From the NCBI GenBank assembly GCA_964202905.1, contig CAXNJO010000003.1:608001-672000 (forward strand): 64,000 nt of DNA, read 5' to 3'. This document shows positions 53,057 through 64,000 of the stretch, one piece after another. Under the pieces are notes generated by a model. It did no database searches, was not told the origin of the DNA, and worked only from the letters and a program-made list of their open reading frames with translations. The position numbers were made by a program, and so were the translations under genes. Source of the DNA: Polyangiales bacterium. GTDB lineage: Bacteria; Myxococcota_A; Polyangia; Polyangiales; JADJQN01. Every line of letters begins with the position of its first letter. The stretch's first letter is position 1.

Positions 53057-54472
53057 TCAGCCGCCGAAGCGCGGCCAGTCGGTGTGCACCGCGACGCCCG
53101 GCGCGTCGCTGCGCTCGTAGGTGTGGCTGCCGAAGTAATCGCGCTGCGCCTGGATCACGGCCGCGCTGCCGCGCGCGGTGACGAGCGTGTCGTACCAGGC
53201 GAGCGAGGCCGCGAGGCCCGGCACGGGGATGCCCGCCGCGAGCGCCGCGCCCACGACGCGCCGCCACGCGGGGAGCCTGCGGCCGAGGTCCTCGACGAAC
53301 TCCGGCGCGAGCGCGAGCAGCTCGGGCGCGGGCGTCCGCGCGAAGGCCGCGCGCACCCGATCGAGGAAGCGCGCGCGGATGATGCAGCCCGCCGTCCAGA
53401 TCCGCGCGACCTCGCCGAGATCCGTGCCGTAGCCGCGCTCCTCGCTCGCGCGCGCGAGCATCTGGAAGCCCTGCGTGTAGCTCGCGATCTTCGACGCGTA
53501 GAGCGCGTCGCGCAGGTCATCGACGCTCACGCCCGCGAGCGGCCCGCGCCTCGCGCCGAACGCCTGCTCCGCGCGGACGCGCAGCTCCTTCTGCGCGCTC
53601 AGCACGCGCGCATCGACGGCCGCCGCGATCGTCGGCACCGCGACGCCCATCTCGAGCGCGGCCATGACCGTCCACTTGCCCGTGCCCTTCTGCCCGGCCT
53701 TGTCGAGGATCGCGTCGACGAGCAGCGCGCCCGGCCGCTGCGGGTCCTCGGTGCGGAAGATGTCGGCCGTGATCTCCACGAGGAAGCTCGCGAGATCCCC
53801 GCGATTCCACTCTGAAAACGTGTCGGCGACGGCCAGCGGCGCGAGGCCGAGCCCGTCGCGCAGCAGCGTCGCCGTCTCCGAGATGAGTTGCATGTCGCCG
53901 TACTCGATGCCGTTGTGCACCATCTTCACGAAGTGCCCCGCGGAGCCGCGGCCGCAGTACGTGACGCAGGTGCCGCTCTCGCTCTTCGCCGCGACGGCCT
54001 CGAGCAGCGGACGCATGCGCTCCCACGCCTCGACGTCACCGCCCGGCATGATCGAGGGGCCGAGCAGCGCGCCATCCGAGCCGCCGGAGATCCCCATCCC
54101 GACGAAGCGCCACGGCCTCCCCGCGGCCCGCGCGTTGCGGCGATCCGTGTCTGAAAAGAGGCTGTTTCCCGCGTCGACGACGATGTCGTCCTGCTCGAGC
54201 AGCGGATCGAGCGCGTCGAGCACGTCGTCGATCGGCTTGCCCGCGACGACGAGCACGACGATGCGCCGCGGCCGCTCGAGGCTCGCGACGAGCGTCGCCC
54301 AATCCTCCGCGATCGCGAGCTTCGCGTCCGGATGCGCGCGGGCAAGCTCCCGCGCCTTGTCGACCGAGCGGTCGTAGCCCGCGACGCGGTAACCGCGGCT
54401 CGCGAAGTTCCGCGCGAAGTTCGCGCCCATCACGCCGAGCCCCACCACCGCGATGTCGTTCAGGTCGCTCAT
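53057..54472 (-). CDS. gnd: 6-phosphogluconate dehydrogenase (decarboxylating)
   Basis: GLGVMG, DAGNS, GHFVKMVHNGIEYGDMQ, QKGTGKW, QAQRDYFGSH. Confidence 0.97.
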   Translation of the reverse strand: MSDLNDIAVVGLGVMGANFARNFASRGYRVAGYDRSVDKARELARAHPDAKLAIAEDWATLVASLERPRRIVVLVVAGKPIDDVLDALDPLLEQDDIVVDAGNSLFSDTDRRNARAAGRPWRFVGMGISGGSDGALLGPSIMPGGDVEAWERMRPLLEAVAAKSESGTCVTYCGRGSAGHFVKMVHNGIEYGDMQLISETATLLRDGLGLAPLAVADTFSEWNRGDLASFLVEITADIFRTEDPQRPGALLVDAILDKAGQKGTGKWTVMAALEMGVAVPTIAAAVDARVLSAQKELRVRAEQAFGARRGPLAGVSVDDLRDALYASKIASYTQGFQMLARASEERGYGTDLGEVARIWTAGCIIRARFLDRVRAAFARTPAPELLALAPEFVEDLGRRLPAWRRVVGAALAAGIPVPGLAASLAWYDTLVTARGSAAVIQAQRDYFGSHTYERSDAPGVAVHTDWPRFGG

Positions 54473-54481
54473 CGGTCCTCC

Positions 54482-55207
54482 TCACACGGTCCCATCGGAC
54501 AGGTCCACATCGGTCACGATCGCGAGCCCATCGAGCCCCACGGCGGGCAGCCGCGGGTCCTCGAGGATCAGCCGCTCGAGCGCCTCCCGCTTGCCCTCAC
54601 CCGCCGCGAGCAGCACGTGCACGCGCGCCGTCGCGAGCAGCGCGCGCGAGAGCGTGATGCGCGACGCGGGCGGCTTCGGCGAGTCGGGCACGTGCCGCGC
54701 GAGCGCGCCCGCAGGCTCCTCGAACGGCGCATCCCCCGGGAAAAGCGAGGCGATGTGACCGTCCGGCCCCATGCCGAGCAGCGTCACGTCGAGCCCCACC
54801 GAGCCCCCGTCCGCGAACGATGCACGCAGCCCCGCCTCCACGCGCGCGACGGCCGCGTCAAAAGCCTCACCATCTTCCACGATGGCGAGCTCGAGCGCGG
54901 GAGGGCACGCCGCGTCGAGCGCGCCGCTGCGGTGCGCCTCGCCACGGTTCGAGTCGGGGCTCGCGAACGGCACGCAGCGCTCGTCGACCCACGTGAGCCG
55001 CACGCGCGCCCACACCGCCGGGGGCAACGCCTCGCGCGCGGCACGCAGCGCGCGCAGCGCCGATCCGCCCGCGACCGCGAGCCGCGCGGCCCCGTGACGC
55101 GCGTCCGCCGCCGCGATCGCAGCCGCGAGCAGCCGCGCGGCCTGCGGCTCCGGAGACGCCGTGAGGTAGACGTCGACCCCCTCCGACGGCGTCGTCCGAT
55201 CACCCAC
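54482..55207 (-). CDS. pgl: 6-phosphogluconolactonase
   Basis: AGGS, VDERCVP..DSN, LLGMGPDGHIASLFP, SPKPPxxRITL. Confidence 0.9.
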   Translation of the reverse strand: MGDRTTPSEGVDVYLTASPEPQAARLLAAAIAAADARHGAARLAVAGGSALRALRAAREALPPAVWARVRLTWVDERCVPFASPDSNRGEAHRSGALDAACPPALELAIVEDGEAFDAAVARVEAGLRASFADGGSVGLDVTLLGMGPDGHIASLFPGDAPFEEPAGALARHVPDSPKPPASRITLSRALLATARVHVLLAAGEGKREALERLILEDPRLPAVGLDGLAIVTDVDLSDGTV

Positions 55208-56723
55208 GCGACCAACCGCCCTCGCACCCCTCGAAGAGCTCGTTGGCTTCCTCGGGGCCCCACGACCCCGCCTCGTACGCGCGCATCGGCGGCGCCTCCG
55301 CCCCGCGCCACGCGTCGGCGAAGGCATCGGCGAAACGCCAGCTCGCCTCGATCTCGTCGCCGCGCAAAAAGAGCGTCGCGTCGCCCACGAGCGCGTCGAG
55401 CAGGAGCCGCTCGTAGGCGGGCGCCGTCGTCGCGCCGAACGCGTCTTTGTAGTCGAACGAGAGCTTCGCGGGCGCCATCGTCATCTGGTTGCCCGGGTGC
55501 TTCACGCCGAAGGAGAGCGTGATCGCCTCGCGCGGCTGGATGCTCAACGTGAGCACGTTCGGGCGGATCTGACAGAGCAGCCCCTGCCGCACCGCGCGCC
55601 GGAACTCCTCGTCCGTCATGCCCTCGGGCCGGTTGAAGAGCTGCAGGGGCGGCGTCTTGAACTGCACCTGCACCTCGGTGAACTTGCGCGGCATCCGCTT
55701 GCCGTGACGCAACAGGATGGGCACGCCGGCCCAGCGCCACGTCGCGAGCTCGGCGCGGATCGCGACGTACGTCTCGGTCTGCGAGGCCTCGGCGACGCCC
55801 TCCTCGTCGAGGTAGCCGGGGACGTCGCGCTCGCCGATCTTCCCGGCCGTGTACCGCGCCCGCACGCTCGTCTCCCGCACCTCACGGGCGCTCGGCACCA
55901 CGAGGCTCTTCAGCACCGCGACCTTCTGCGCACGCACCGCCTCCGCATCGAGCGACGAGGGCGGCTCCATCACGGCGAGCGCGAGCACCTGCAACATGTG
56001 GTTCTGCACCATGTCGCGGAGCGCGCCGGTGGTGTCGTAGTAGCCGCCGCGTCCGCTCTCCATCCCGAGATCCTCGGCGACGGTGATCTGCACGAGCTCG
56101 ACGTGATCGCGGTTCCACACTGGCTCGAAGATCGCGTTGTGGAAGCGGAAGCCGAGCAGGTTCTGCACGGTCTCCTTCCCGAGATAGTGGTCGATCCGAT
56201 AGATCTGCGACTCGCGCAGGCACTCGTGCAGATCGGCGTTGAGCGCGCGCGCGCTCGCGAGGTCGTGGCCGAAGGGCTTCTCGACGATCACGCGCCGCCA
56301 GGCGACCTGCTCGTCCTCGCGCATGTGCACGAGGCCCGCCGCGTGGAGGTTCCGCACCGCCTGCGCGAAGAGTTCGGGCTTCAGCGACAGGTAATAGAGG
56401 CGCCCCGCCGCGCTCCCGCCCGCCATCGCGTCGAGGCGCTCGGCGAGGCGCCGCGTGTCGGCCTCGTCCCCGACGTCGCCCTGCAGATAGTGGATGCGCG
56501 GCGCGAGCTCGTCGAACGCGCCGAGCAGCTCCGGGGGCATCACCGCGCGCAGCTCGTCGCGCCACTGCGCGTCGCTCTTCGCGCGGCGCGCGACGCCGAG
56601 CACGGAGAAGCCCTCGCGCGGGCGCTCCTTCTTCGCGAGGCTCGCGAGCGCGGGGATGAGTTTGCGCGCCGTGAGGTCGCCGCTCGCCCCGAAGATCACC
56701 ACCTGGGAGGGCACGATCGTCAT
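55200..56723 (-). CDS. zwf: Glucose-6-phosphate 1-dehydrogenase
   Basis: GASGDLT, EKPFG, RIDHYLGKE, DMVQNH, AYERLL. Confidence 0.97.
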   Translation of the reverse strand: MTIVPSQVVIFGASGDLTARKLIPALASLAKKERPREGFSVLGVARRAKSDAQWRDELRAVMPPELLGAFDELAPRIHYLQGDVGDEADTRRLAERLDAMAGGSAAGRLYYLSLKPELFAQAVRNLHAAGLVHMREDEQVAWRRVIVEKPFGHDLASARALNADLHECLRESQIYRIDHYLGKETVQNLLGFRFHNAIFEPVWNRDHVELVQITVAEDLGMESGRGGYYDTTGALRDMVQNHMLQVLALAVMEPPSSLDAEAVRAQKVAVLKSLVVPSAREVRETSVRARYTAGKIGERDVPGYLDEEGVAEASQTETYVAIRAELATWRWAGVPILLRHGKRMPRKFTEVQVQFKTPPLQLFNRPEGMTDEEFRRAVRQGLLCQIRPNVLTLSIQPREAITLSFGVKHPGNQMTMAPAKLSFDYKDAFGATTAPAYERLLLDALVGDATLFLRGDEIEASWRFADAFADAWRGAEAPPMRAYEAGSWGPEEANELFEGCEGGWSRG

Positions 56724-56901
56724 GGCGCGCGAGCATACACCCGGGCGCGATCGGCCGGGCCCGACCAGCCCGCTCCGGACACGGCGTGGGCCTTCAACTC
56801 ATCGGTGATCGACCCCATGCAGCTGTGGTAGCGTGCGGCGCGCTTCATCCACGCGCCTGGTCGCCGACCCCAGCCGGAACGAGCCAAGGAGAGCCCGATC
56901 G

Positions 56902-58230
56902 ATGTCCAAGGACACCCTGACGATCACCGACAACCGCACCGGCAAGGCCTACGAGGTGCCCGTCGAGAACGGCACCATCAAGGCCATCGACCTGCGGAAG
57001 ATCAAGACGAGCGACGATGACTTCGGCCTGATGACGTACGATCCGGCATTCACGAATACCGCTTCGTGCATCAGCCGCATCACGTACATCGACGGTGATC
57101 TCGGCATCCTCCGCTACCGCGGCTACCCCATCGAGCAGCTCGCCGAGAAGGCGTCCTTCCTCGAGGTCGCTCACCTGCTCCTGCACGGAGAGCTGCCGAG
57201 CCACAGCCAGCTCAACGCGTTCACGCACAACGTCACGTATCACACGATGGTGCACGAGAACGTGCGCGAGCTGATGGACGGCTTCCGCTACGACGCGCAC
57301 CCGATGGGCATGCTCACGAGCACCGTCGCCGCGCTCTCGACCTTCTACCCCGAGGCGAAGAACGTCGAAGACGCCGAGACGCGGATGCTGCAGGTCTACC
57401 GGATCATCGCGAAGATGCCGACGCTCGCGGCCTTCGCGTTCCGGCACCGCCGCGGCCTGCCCTACGTCTATCCGGACAACGACCTGAGCTTCGCCGGCAA
57501 CTTCCTCGCGATGCTCTTCCGCATGACGGAGCGCGCCTACAAGCCGAACGCGGCCATCGAGCACGCGCTCGACGTGCTCTTCACGCTGCACGCGGACCAC
57601 GAGCAGAACTGCTCGACGAGCGCGATGCGCGGCGTCGGCTCCTCGCAGGTCGACCCGTACAGCGCGACGGCGGCGGCCTGCGCGGCGCTCTACGGCCCGC
57701 TCCACGGCGGCGCCAACGAGGCCGCGATCCGCATGCTGAACGAGATCGGCAGCGTCAAGAACATCCCCGACTTCATCAAGAAGGTGAAGGCGGGCGAGGG
57801 GCGGCTGATGGGCTTCGGCCACCGCGTCTACAAGAACTACGACCCGCGCGCGAAGGTCATCAAGCGCCTCGCGTACGAGGTCTTCGACAGCGTCGGCAAG
57901 AACCCGCTCATCGACATCGCGCTCGAGCTCGAGCGGATCGCGCTCGAGGACGAGTACTTCATCAAGCGCAAGCTCTACCCGAACGTCGACTTCTACTCGG
58001 GCATCATCTACCAGGCGATGGGCCTGCCGATGGACATGTTCCCGGTCCTCTTCGCGATCGGCCGTTCGCCGGGCTGGCTCGCGCAGTGGCTCGAGATGGT
58101 GCAGGACCCGGAGCAGAAGATCGCGCGCCCGCGCCAGATCTACCTCGGCCACGATCAGCGCGATTTCGTGCCGATCAGCGAGCGCGCCGGCGCCCCCTCG
58201 GTGCTGCCGCCACCGCCGCTCGGCAAGTGA
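56902..58230 (+). CDS. gltA: Citrate synthase
   Basis: GILRYRGY, HADHEQNCST, GPLHGGANE, GFGHRVY, YPNVDFYSG. Confidence 0.97.
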   Translation: MSKDTLTITDNRTGKAYEVPVENGTIKAIDLRKIKTSDDDFGLMTYDPAFTNTASCISRITYIDGDLGILRYRGYPIEQLAEKASFLEVAHLLLHGELPSHSQLNAFTHNVTYHTMVHENVRELMDGFRYDAHPMGMLTSTVAALSTFYPEAKNVEDAETRMLQVYRIIAKMPTLAAFAFRHRRGLPYVYPDNDLSFAGNFLAMLFRMTERAYKPNAAIEHALDVLFTLHADHEQNCSTSAMRGVGSSQVDPYSATAAACAALYGPLHGGANEAAIRMLNEIGSVKNIPDFIKKVKAGEGRLMGFGHRVYKNYDPRAKVIKRLAYEVFDSVGKNPLIDIALELERIALEDEYFIKRKLYPNVDFYSGIIYQAMGLPMDMFPVLFAIGRSPGWLAQWLEMVQDPEQKIARPRQIYLGHDQRDFVPISERAGAPSVLPPPPLGK

Positions 58231-58359
58231 GCCGCCGGGCCGCGGTTCGACACGCGGCCTGACACGACGATGGACGAACGGGGCTGCGCCGACCCACGGC
58301 GCGGCCCCGTCGCCGTTTTCAGCGCCCTCACCGCGCTGCGAGGGCGAGAGGCCAGCGCG

Positions 58360-59103
58360 TCAGGCGGGCTCGAGCAGCGCGAGCACGCCCGCGAGGCTCT
58401 GCGCGAGGCCGCCCTCCGCTGCGCGCGCGGCCGCTTCGGGGACCGGCTTGCGCGCGACGGGCGCCGGGCTCGGTGCGCCGCCCGACTCGAGCGTGCGCCG
58501 GATCTGCGCGCGCGCCTCGTGCACGCGCCACGCGATCGTGCCCTCCGTCGTCTCGAGGACGACGGCCGCCTCCTTGTGCGAGAGGCCCTGCAGCGTCGTG
58601 AGCACGACCGTCGTGCGCAGCACGGGCGAGAGCCGATCGAAGGCGGTGACGAGCTGCTGATACACCTCGCGCAGCTCCATCGCGCGCCGCGGATCGCCGC
58701 CCGAGTCGAGCTGCGCGGCGATCTCGACGCGCGCATCCTCGAAGTCGACCGTGGGCCGCCGCTTCCGGTCGCGCTTCACGTTGAGCGCGCGGTGCAACGC
58801 GATGCGATAGAGCCACGTGAAGAACTCGCTGCGCCCCTCGAAGGAGCCGAGGTTGCGATACGCCCGCAGGAACGCGTCCTGCGTGATGTCGTCCGCGTCG
58901 CTGCGCGAGCCCGTGAGGTGCAGCGCGAGCGCGAAGATGCGCGGCCGATAGCGGCGCACGAGCTGCGAGAATGCGCGGGCATCGCCCGTCTTCGCCGCCT
59001 CGACGAGCACATTCGCCTCGCGCGCGCGCTGCTCGGCCTCCGAGTCACGCACCGCGCCCGGGCGGGCAGCGGCGAGCGCAGTGTCGGCGCGGGACGACGT
59101 CAT
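58360..59103 (-). CDS. ECF sigma-70 factor
   Basis: DADDITQDAFLRAY..F.G.SEFFTWLYRIA; region 4 GLSHKEAA..GTIAWRVHEAR. Confidence 0.9.
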   Translation of the reverse strand: MTSSRADTALAAARPGAVRDSEAEQRAREANVLVEAAKTGDARAFSQLVRRYRPRIFALALHLTGSRSDADDITQDAFLRAYRNLGSFEGRSEFFTWLYRIALHRALNVKRDRKRRPTVDFEDARVEIAAQLDSGGDPRRAMELREVYQQLVTAFDRLSPVLRTTVVLTTLQGLSHKEAAVVLETTEGTIAWRVHEARAQIRRTLESGGAPSPAPVARKPVPEAAARAAEGGLAQSLAGVLALLEPA

Positions 59104-59198
59104 GGCGACTTGGAATCATGCCGACCGCGCGTCCTTGGGTAAAGCGCCGTGAGGCGGGCACACCCTCGGCCGGCGCGGCCGCATCCGACGCGCGCGGC

Positions 59199-59738
59199 TC
59201 AGCCCTTCTGCCAGGCCGACTTCGCGCGGTAGGCGGAGAGCGCGGCGCGCACCACCTCGAGGGCGCGGCGCGCGTCGTAGAGGCCGTCGACGACGCTCAG
59301 CTTGTTCTCGAGGGCCTTGTAATCCTCGAAGAAACGGCCGATCTCGAGCGAGACGTGGGGCGGGATCTCGGCGACGTCGCGGTAATGCGAGAAGGCCGGA
59401 TCGTCGACGGCGACGGCGATGATCTTGTCGTCGACGCCCTTGTCGTCGCGCATCGCGAAGCCGCCCACCGCGCGCACGCGGACGATCGTGAGCGGCGTGA
59501 CGGGCTCCTGCATGAGCACGAGCACGTCGAGCGGATCGCCGTCGTCGGCGTGCGATTGGGGCAAAAAGCCGTAGTTCGCGGGGTAATGAACCGACGAGTA
59601 GAGGACGCGATCGAGCATCAACATGCCCGTGCGCTTGTCGATCTCGTACTTGAGCTTGCTGCCCTTCGGGATCTCGACGACGGCCGGGAAGAACTCGTCG
59701 ATCGCCTCGGGGACGAGGATGTCGTGGAGTGGGTGCAT
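59199..59738 (-). CDS. ppa: Inorganic pyrophosphatase (family I)
   Basis: EIPKGS..KYE, YPANYG, DDGDPLD, DDKII. Confidence 0.96.
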   Translation of the reverse strand: MHPLHDILVPEAIDEFFPAVVEIPKGSKLKYEIDKRTGMLMLDRVLYSSVHYPANYGFLPQSHADDGDPLDVLVLMQEPVTPLTIVRVRAVGGFAMRDDKGVDDKIIAVAVDDPAFSHYRDVAEIPPHVSLEIGRFFEDYKALENKLSVVDGLYDARRALEVVRAALSAYRAKSAWQKG

Positions 59739-59803
59739 CGGTCGGGCACCATGCGCGCGCCTACGCACCGCGTCAAAGACCTGCGCCGCGCTATACCGCG
59801 GCG

Positions 59804-61270
59804 ATGACGTCGATCCGCCCGCTCTACGTCGCCGGCCGCCCCGAGCACACCGCGCAATCCCTCGAGGTGCTCGACAAATACGACGGCTCCGTCGTCGCGC
59901 GCGTCGCCCTCGCCGACGAGGCCACCGTCGACCGCGCGATCGCCGCCGCGCACGCCGCACGTGGGCCGATGCGCCGCCTGCCCGCGCACGCGCGCCGCGA
60001 CGTGCTGCTCCACTGCGTCGCGCGCTTCGAGGCCCGCCGCGACGAGCTCGCGACGCTGCTCTGCGCGGAGGCGGGCAAGCCGATCCGCGACGCGCGCGGC
60101 GAGGTCACGCGCCTGCTCGACACCTTCCGCATCGGCGCCGAGGAGGCGACGCGCATCGGCGGCGAGGTGCTGCCGATGGACATCACGCCGCGCGCGGAGG
60201 GCTATCTCGGCTTCGTGAGACGCGTGCCCGTCGGGGCCTGCGGGCTGATCACGCCGTTCAACTTCCCGCTCAACCTCGTCGCGCACAAGGTCGCGCCCGC
60301 CATCGCCGCGGGCTGCCCCTTTGTGCTCAAGCCCGCGAGCGCGACGCCGCTCGGCGCGCTCGTCATCGCGGAGGTGCTCGCCGAGACGGCGCTGCCGCCG
60401 GGCGCGTTCAGCGTGCTGCCCGCGACGCGCGCGGCGGCCGACCGGCTCGTCACCGATCCGCGCCTCGCGAAGCTCTCGTTCACCGGCTCGGCCGACGTCG
60501 GCTGGGACATGAAGGCGCGCGCCGGCAAGAAGCACGTCACGCTCGAGCTCGGCGGCAACGCGGCCGTGATCGTCGACGCCGACGCCGCGCCCGACGCGGC
60601 GAGCCTCGACGACCTCGTCGAGCGCCTCACGTTCGGCGCGTTCTACCAATCGGGGCAGTCCTGCATCAGCGTGCAGCGCATCCTCGTCCACGCGCGCCTC
60701 TACGACACGGTGCGCGCCCGCCTCGTCGCCCGCGCGGAGGCGCTCGTCGCAGGCGACCCGCGCGACGAGCGCACCGCCCTCGGCCCCGTCATCCACGCGC
60801 GCGAGGCCGCGCGGATCCGCGCCTGGGTGGCCGACGCCGTCGCCCGAGGCGGGCGCGTGCTCTGCGGCGAGCGTCCCGACACGCCCGTCGCGAGCGCGAA
60901 CGTGCTCGCCGCGACGCTGCTCGAAGACGTCCCGCGTGACGGCGACCTCGTGCGCCGCGAGGTCTTCGGGCCCGTCGCGGTGCTCTCGCGCTTCGAGGAC
61001 TTCGAGGCCGCGCTCGCCGAGGTGAACGACTCGGACTTCGGGCTGCAAGCGGGCGTGTTCACGCGCGACCTGCACCGCGCGATGCGCGCGTGGGACGCGC
61101 TCGAGGTCGGCGGCGTGCTCGTGGGCGACGTGCCCTCGTTCCGGGTCGATCACATGCCGTACGGCGGCGTGAAGGGCAGCGGCCTCGGCCGCGAGGGCGT
61201 CCGCTACGCGATCGAAGCGATGACCGAGCCGCGCCTGCTGGCGATCCGCCCCGCACCCACACTCGGCTGA
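59804..61270 (+). CDS. Aldehyde dehydrogenase family protein
   Basis: TPFNFPLNL, FTGS, LELGGNA, SGQSCISVQR, EVFGP, PYGGVK. Confidence 0.94.
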   Translation: MTSIRPLYVAGRPEHTAQSLEVLDKYDGSVVARVALADEATVDRAIAAAHAARGPMRRLPAHARRDVLLHCVARFEARRDELATLLCAEAGKPIRDARGEVTRLLDTFRIGAEEATRIGGEVLPMDITPRAEGYLGFVRRVPVGACGLITPFNFPLNLVAHKVAPAIAAGCPFVLKPASATPLGALVIAEVLAETALPPGAFSVLPATRAAADRLVTDPRLAKLSFTGSADVGWDMKARAGKKHVTLELGGNAAVIVDADAAPDAASLDDLVERLTFGAFYQSGQSCISVQRILVHARLYDTVRARLVARAEALVAGDPRDERTALGPVIHAREAARIRAWVADAVARGGRVLCGERPDTPVASANVLAATLLEDVPRDGDLVRREVFGPVAVLSRFEDFEAALAEVNDSDFGLQAGVFTRDLHRAMRAWDALEVGGVLVGDVPSFRVDHMPYGGVKGSGLGREGVRYAIEAMTEPRLLAIRPAPTLG

Positions 61271-61312
61271 GGACGCCGCGGCCGCGGGCAGCGAGGCGAT
61301 GGAAACGACGGC

Positions 61313-61513
61313 TCAGCCGGCGTCGTCGTCGCGGAGCGGGGGCGCGTCGCGCAGCCCGCGCAGCACGTCGCGGGAGGCCCGCAGCGAGCGCTCGGTGCGC
61401 GCGCATCCGGGACACACCCGCAGGTGCAATCGGATCCACGCGCGTCGCCACCAGGGGAGCGCGCCGTCGAGGGCGTCGCTCAGCGACTCATGCGCTCGCC
61501 TGCAGTCCAGCAT
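61313..61513 (-). CDS. zf-HC2 (ZAS) anti-sigma factor
   Basis: C...HLRVCPGC (Hx3Cx2C); overlaps the 3' end of the sigma gene. Confidence 0.85.
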   Translation of the reverse strand: MLDCRRAHESLSDALDGALPWWRRAWIRLHLRVCPGCARTERSLRASRDVLRGLRDAPPLRDDDAG

Positions 61514-62072
61514 CTTCGAGGGCCTTGCGTAGCTTGTGGCGACCGCGGTGGAGAAGGACGCGGAGGTGGGTCGGCTGGACGCCCATCGCGTTACCGGCTT
61601 CGTCGCGTTCGAGCTGCTCGACGTCGACGAGGAGCACGGCCATGCGCTCGAGCTCCGTGAGTGTGCCGAGCGTGCGCTCGACGACCCGCATCGCCAGCGC
61701 GGGGTCGAGGCGGGCATCGGGCGCGCGCTCCGGCGTCGGGGCGAGCGTGGCGAGCGGGTCCGGCTCGGGCGTGAGGTCCATGAGGACCTCGCGGCGTGTG
61801 CGCCGGTAGAAATCGATGATCTTCCGGGAGAGGATGCCGACCATCCAAGTCCGCAGCGTCGAGCGCCCCGCGAACGACGCCTTCGCCTCGAGGGCCGCGA
61901 TGTACGTCTCCTGCACGAGGTCGCGAGCGACGTCCTCGCGCCGCACCGCGCGGTAGGCGAAGCCCATCAGCACGGGCTCGATCTGCCGGATCGCCGCGTC
62001 GTCGATGACCGCGCCCTGCGGCGCCGACGCGGGGGCGCCGACCGGCATCGGCAGCGAGGCAGTAGGCATCAT
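61488..62072 (-). CDS. ECF sigma-70 factor
   Basis: ARDLVQETYIAA..F.GRSTLRTWMVGI; LRVLLHRGR. Confidence 0.9.
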   Translation of the reverse strand: MMPTASLPMPVGAPASAPQGAVIDDAAIRQIEPVLMGFAYRAVRREDVARDLVQETYIAALEAKASFAGRSTLRTWMVGILSRKIIDFYRRTRREVLMDLTPEPDPLATLAPTPERAPDARLDPALAMRVVERTLGTLTELERMAVLLVDVEQLERDEAGNAMGVQPTHLRVLLHRGRHKLRKALEDAGLQASA

Positions 62073-62260
62073 CACGTCGGCGGTTGTGTGGCCCCACGAC
62101 GCCGCACGTCAAGACGCCAAGAGCGCGACGGCGTTGCCCTGCGGCCCCGCGCGCGCGCATCCCGCCGCCCGCCCGCAGGCCGGAGTGCGCCTTGATCGCC
62201 CCGAGTCGATCTGTTAGATCGAGCGGTTGCTGTACGCGAGTGCGGCCAGATTCCGCGTAA

Positions 62261-63361
<1,101 letters not shown>

Positions 63362-63424
63362 CGCGCGTCGGCTTCCCCACGGGGACGCCGGACGCGCGGC
63401 GGGGGCTCGGGCTGAGGCCGCACC

Positions 63425-64000
63425 GTGAACTTCTTCCGCAGATTCCGAGACGCGGTCCTCGTCGCGGCCCTGCTGGCGATCCCGTTCTTCTTCCTCAACG
63501 CGAACCTCAAGGACCCCGCGAAGACGAACGCGGTCGACCGCGTGGTGCTGCAGATGAGCGCGCCGCTGCAGTGGGTCGCGACGCAGGCCGCGCGCGGCGT
63601 GTCGGCGGTGATCGAGGAGTACGTCTACCTCGTGGACGTCGGGCGCGAAAACGAGCGACTGCGCTACGAGAACGCGCGCCTCTCGCAGGAGAGCCGCCGC
63701 TTCCGCAGCGAGGGGCAGGAGAACCGCCGCCTGCGCGACCTCTTGCAGCTCCGCGAGCAGCTCGGCGGTGAGCAGATCTCCGCGCAGATCATCGGCAAAG
63801 AGGTCAGCGCGAACTTCCGCGTGGTACGCGTGCGCCTCGACCGCGGCGAGCGCGACCGTGTGAAGCCCGGCATGCCCGTGGTGGCCCCGGAGGGCCTCGT
63901 CGGTCAGGTGCGGCGCACCTGGGGCCGCTACTCGGACGTGCTGCTCACGGTCGATCGCACGAGCGCCATCGACGTCGTGCTCGAGCGCAACGGCGCGCGC
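63425..64000 (+). CDS. mreC: Rod shape-determining protein MreC (3'-truncated by window edge)
   Basis: Follows mreB; TM helix, coiled coil (ENERLR..ENRRLRDLL), AQIIG, DRG..VKPGMPVV..GLVGQV. Confidence 0.93.
   Translation, partial: MNFFRRFRDAVLVAALLAIPFFFLNANLKDPAKTNAVDRVVLQMSAPLQWVATQAARGVSAVIEEYVYLVDVGRENERLRYENARLSQESRRFRSEGQENRRLRDLLQLREQLGGEQISAQIIGKEVSANFRVVRVRLDRGERDRVKPGMPVVAPEGLVGQVRRTWGRYSDVLLTVDRTSAIDVVLERNGAR

Overview
A very GC-rich (visually >70%) bacterial chromosomal window, probably from a myxobacterium (Myxococcota, Polyangiales/Sandaracinaceae-like). That assignment is inferred from the many Cys-rich lipoproteins, a MYXO-CTERM-like sorting tail, a giant kinase-TPR protein and TSP3 repeats. 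About 50 genes are present: housekeeping genes (nadE, rseP, speA, selO, tsaA, greB, zwf-pgl-gnd, gltA, ppa, mreB-mreC), an RND efflux system, a cluster of secreted/surface proteins, a kinase/ferredoxin/PP2C signalling locus and an ATP-grasp ligase pair. Several decayed remnants are also present (IS4 transposase, internally deleted ECF sigma, partial vWA-gene copy). Four otherwise intact genes carry single frameshifts, probably assembly errors. I saw no rRNA, tRNA or CRISPR. The most unusual signal is non-coding: five GAAT-N3-ATTC palindromes phased at 22/23/23/23 bp between two convergent gene ends (15568-15669), with further perfect copies inside genes at rare codons. There is also a second paired-palindrome family (7520-7550, 40076-40107) and a recurrent -10-box-to-start-codon architecture suggesting leaderless mRNAs. 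All family assignments are motif recognition by eye, not database searches.
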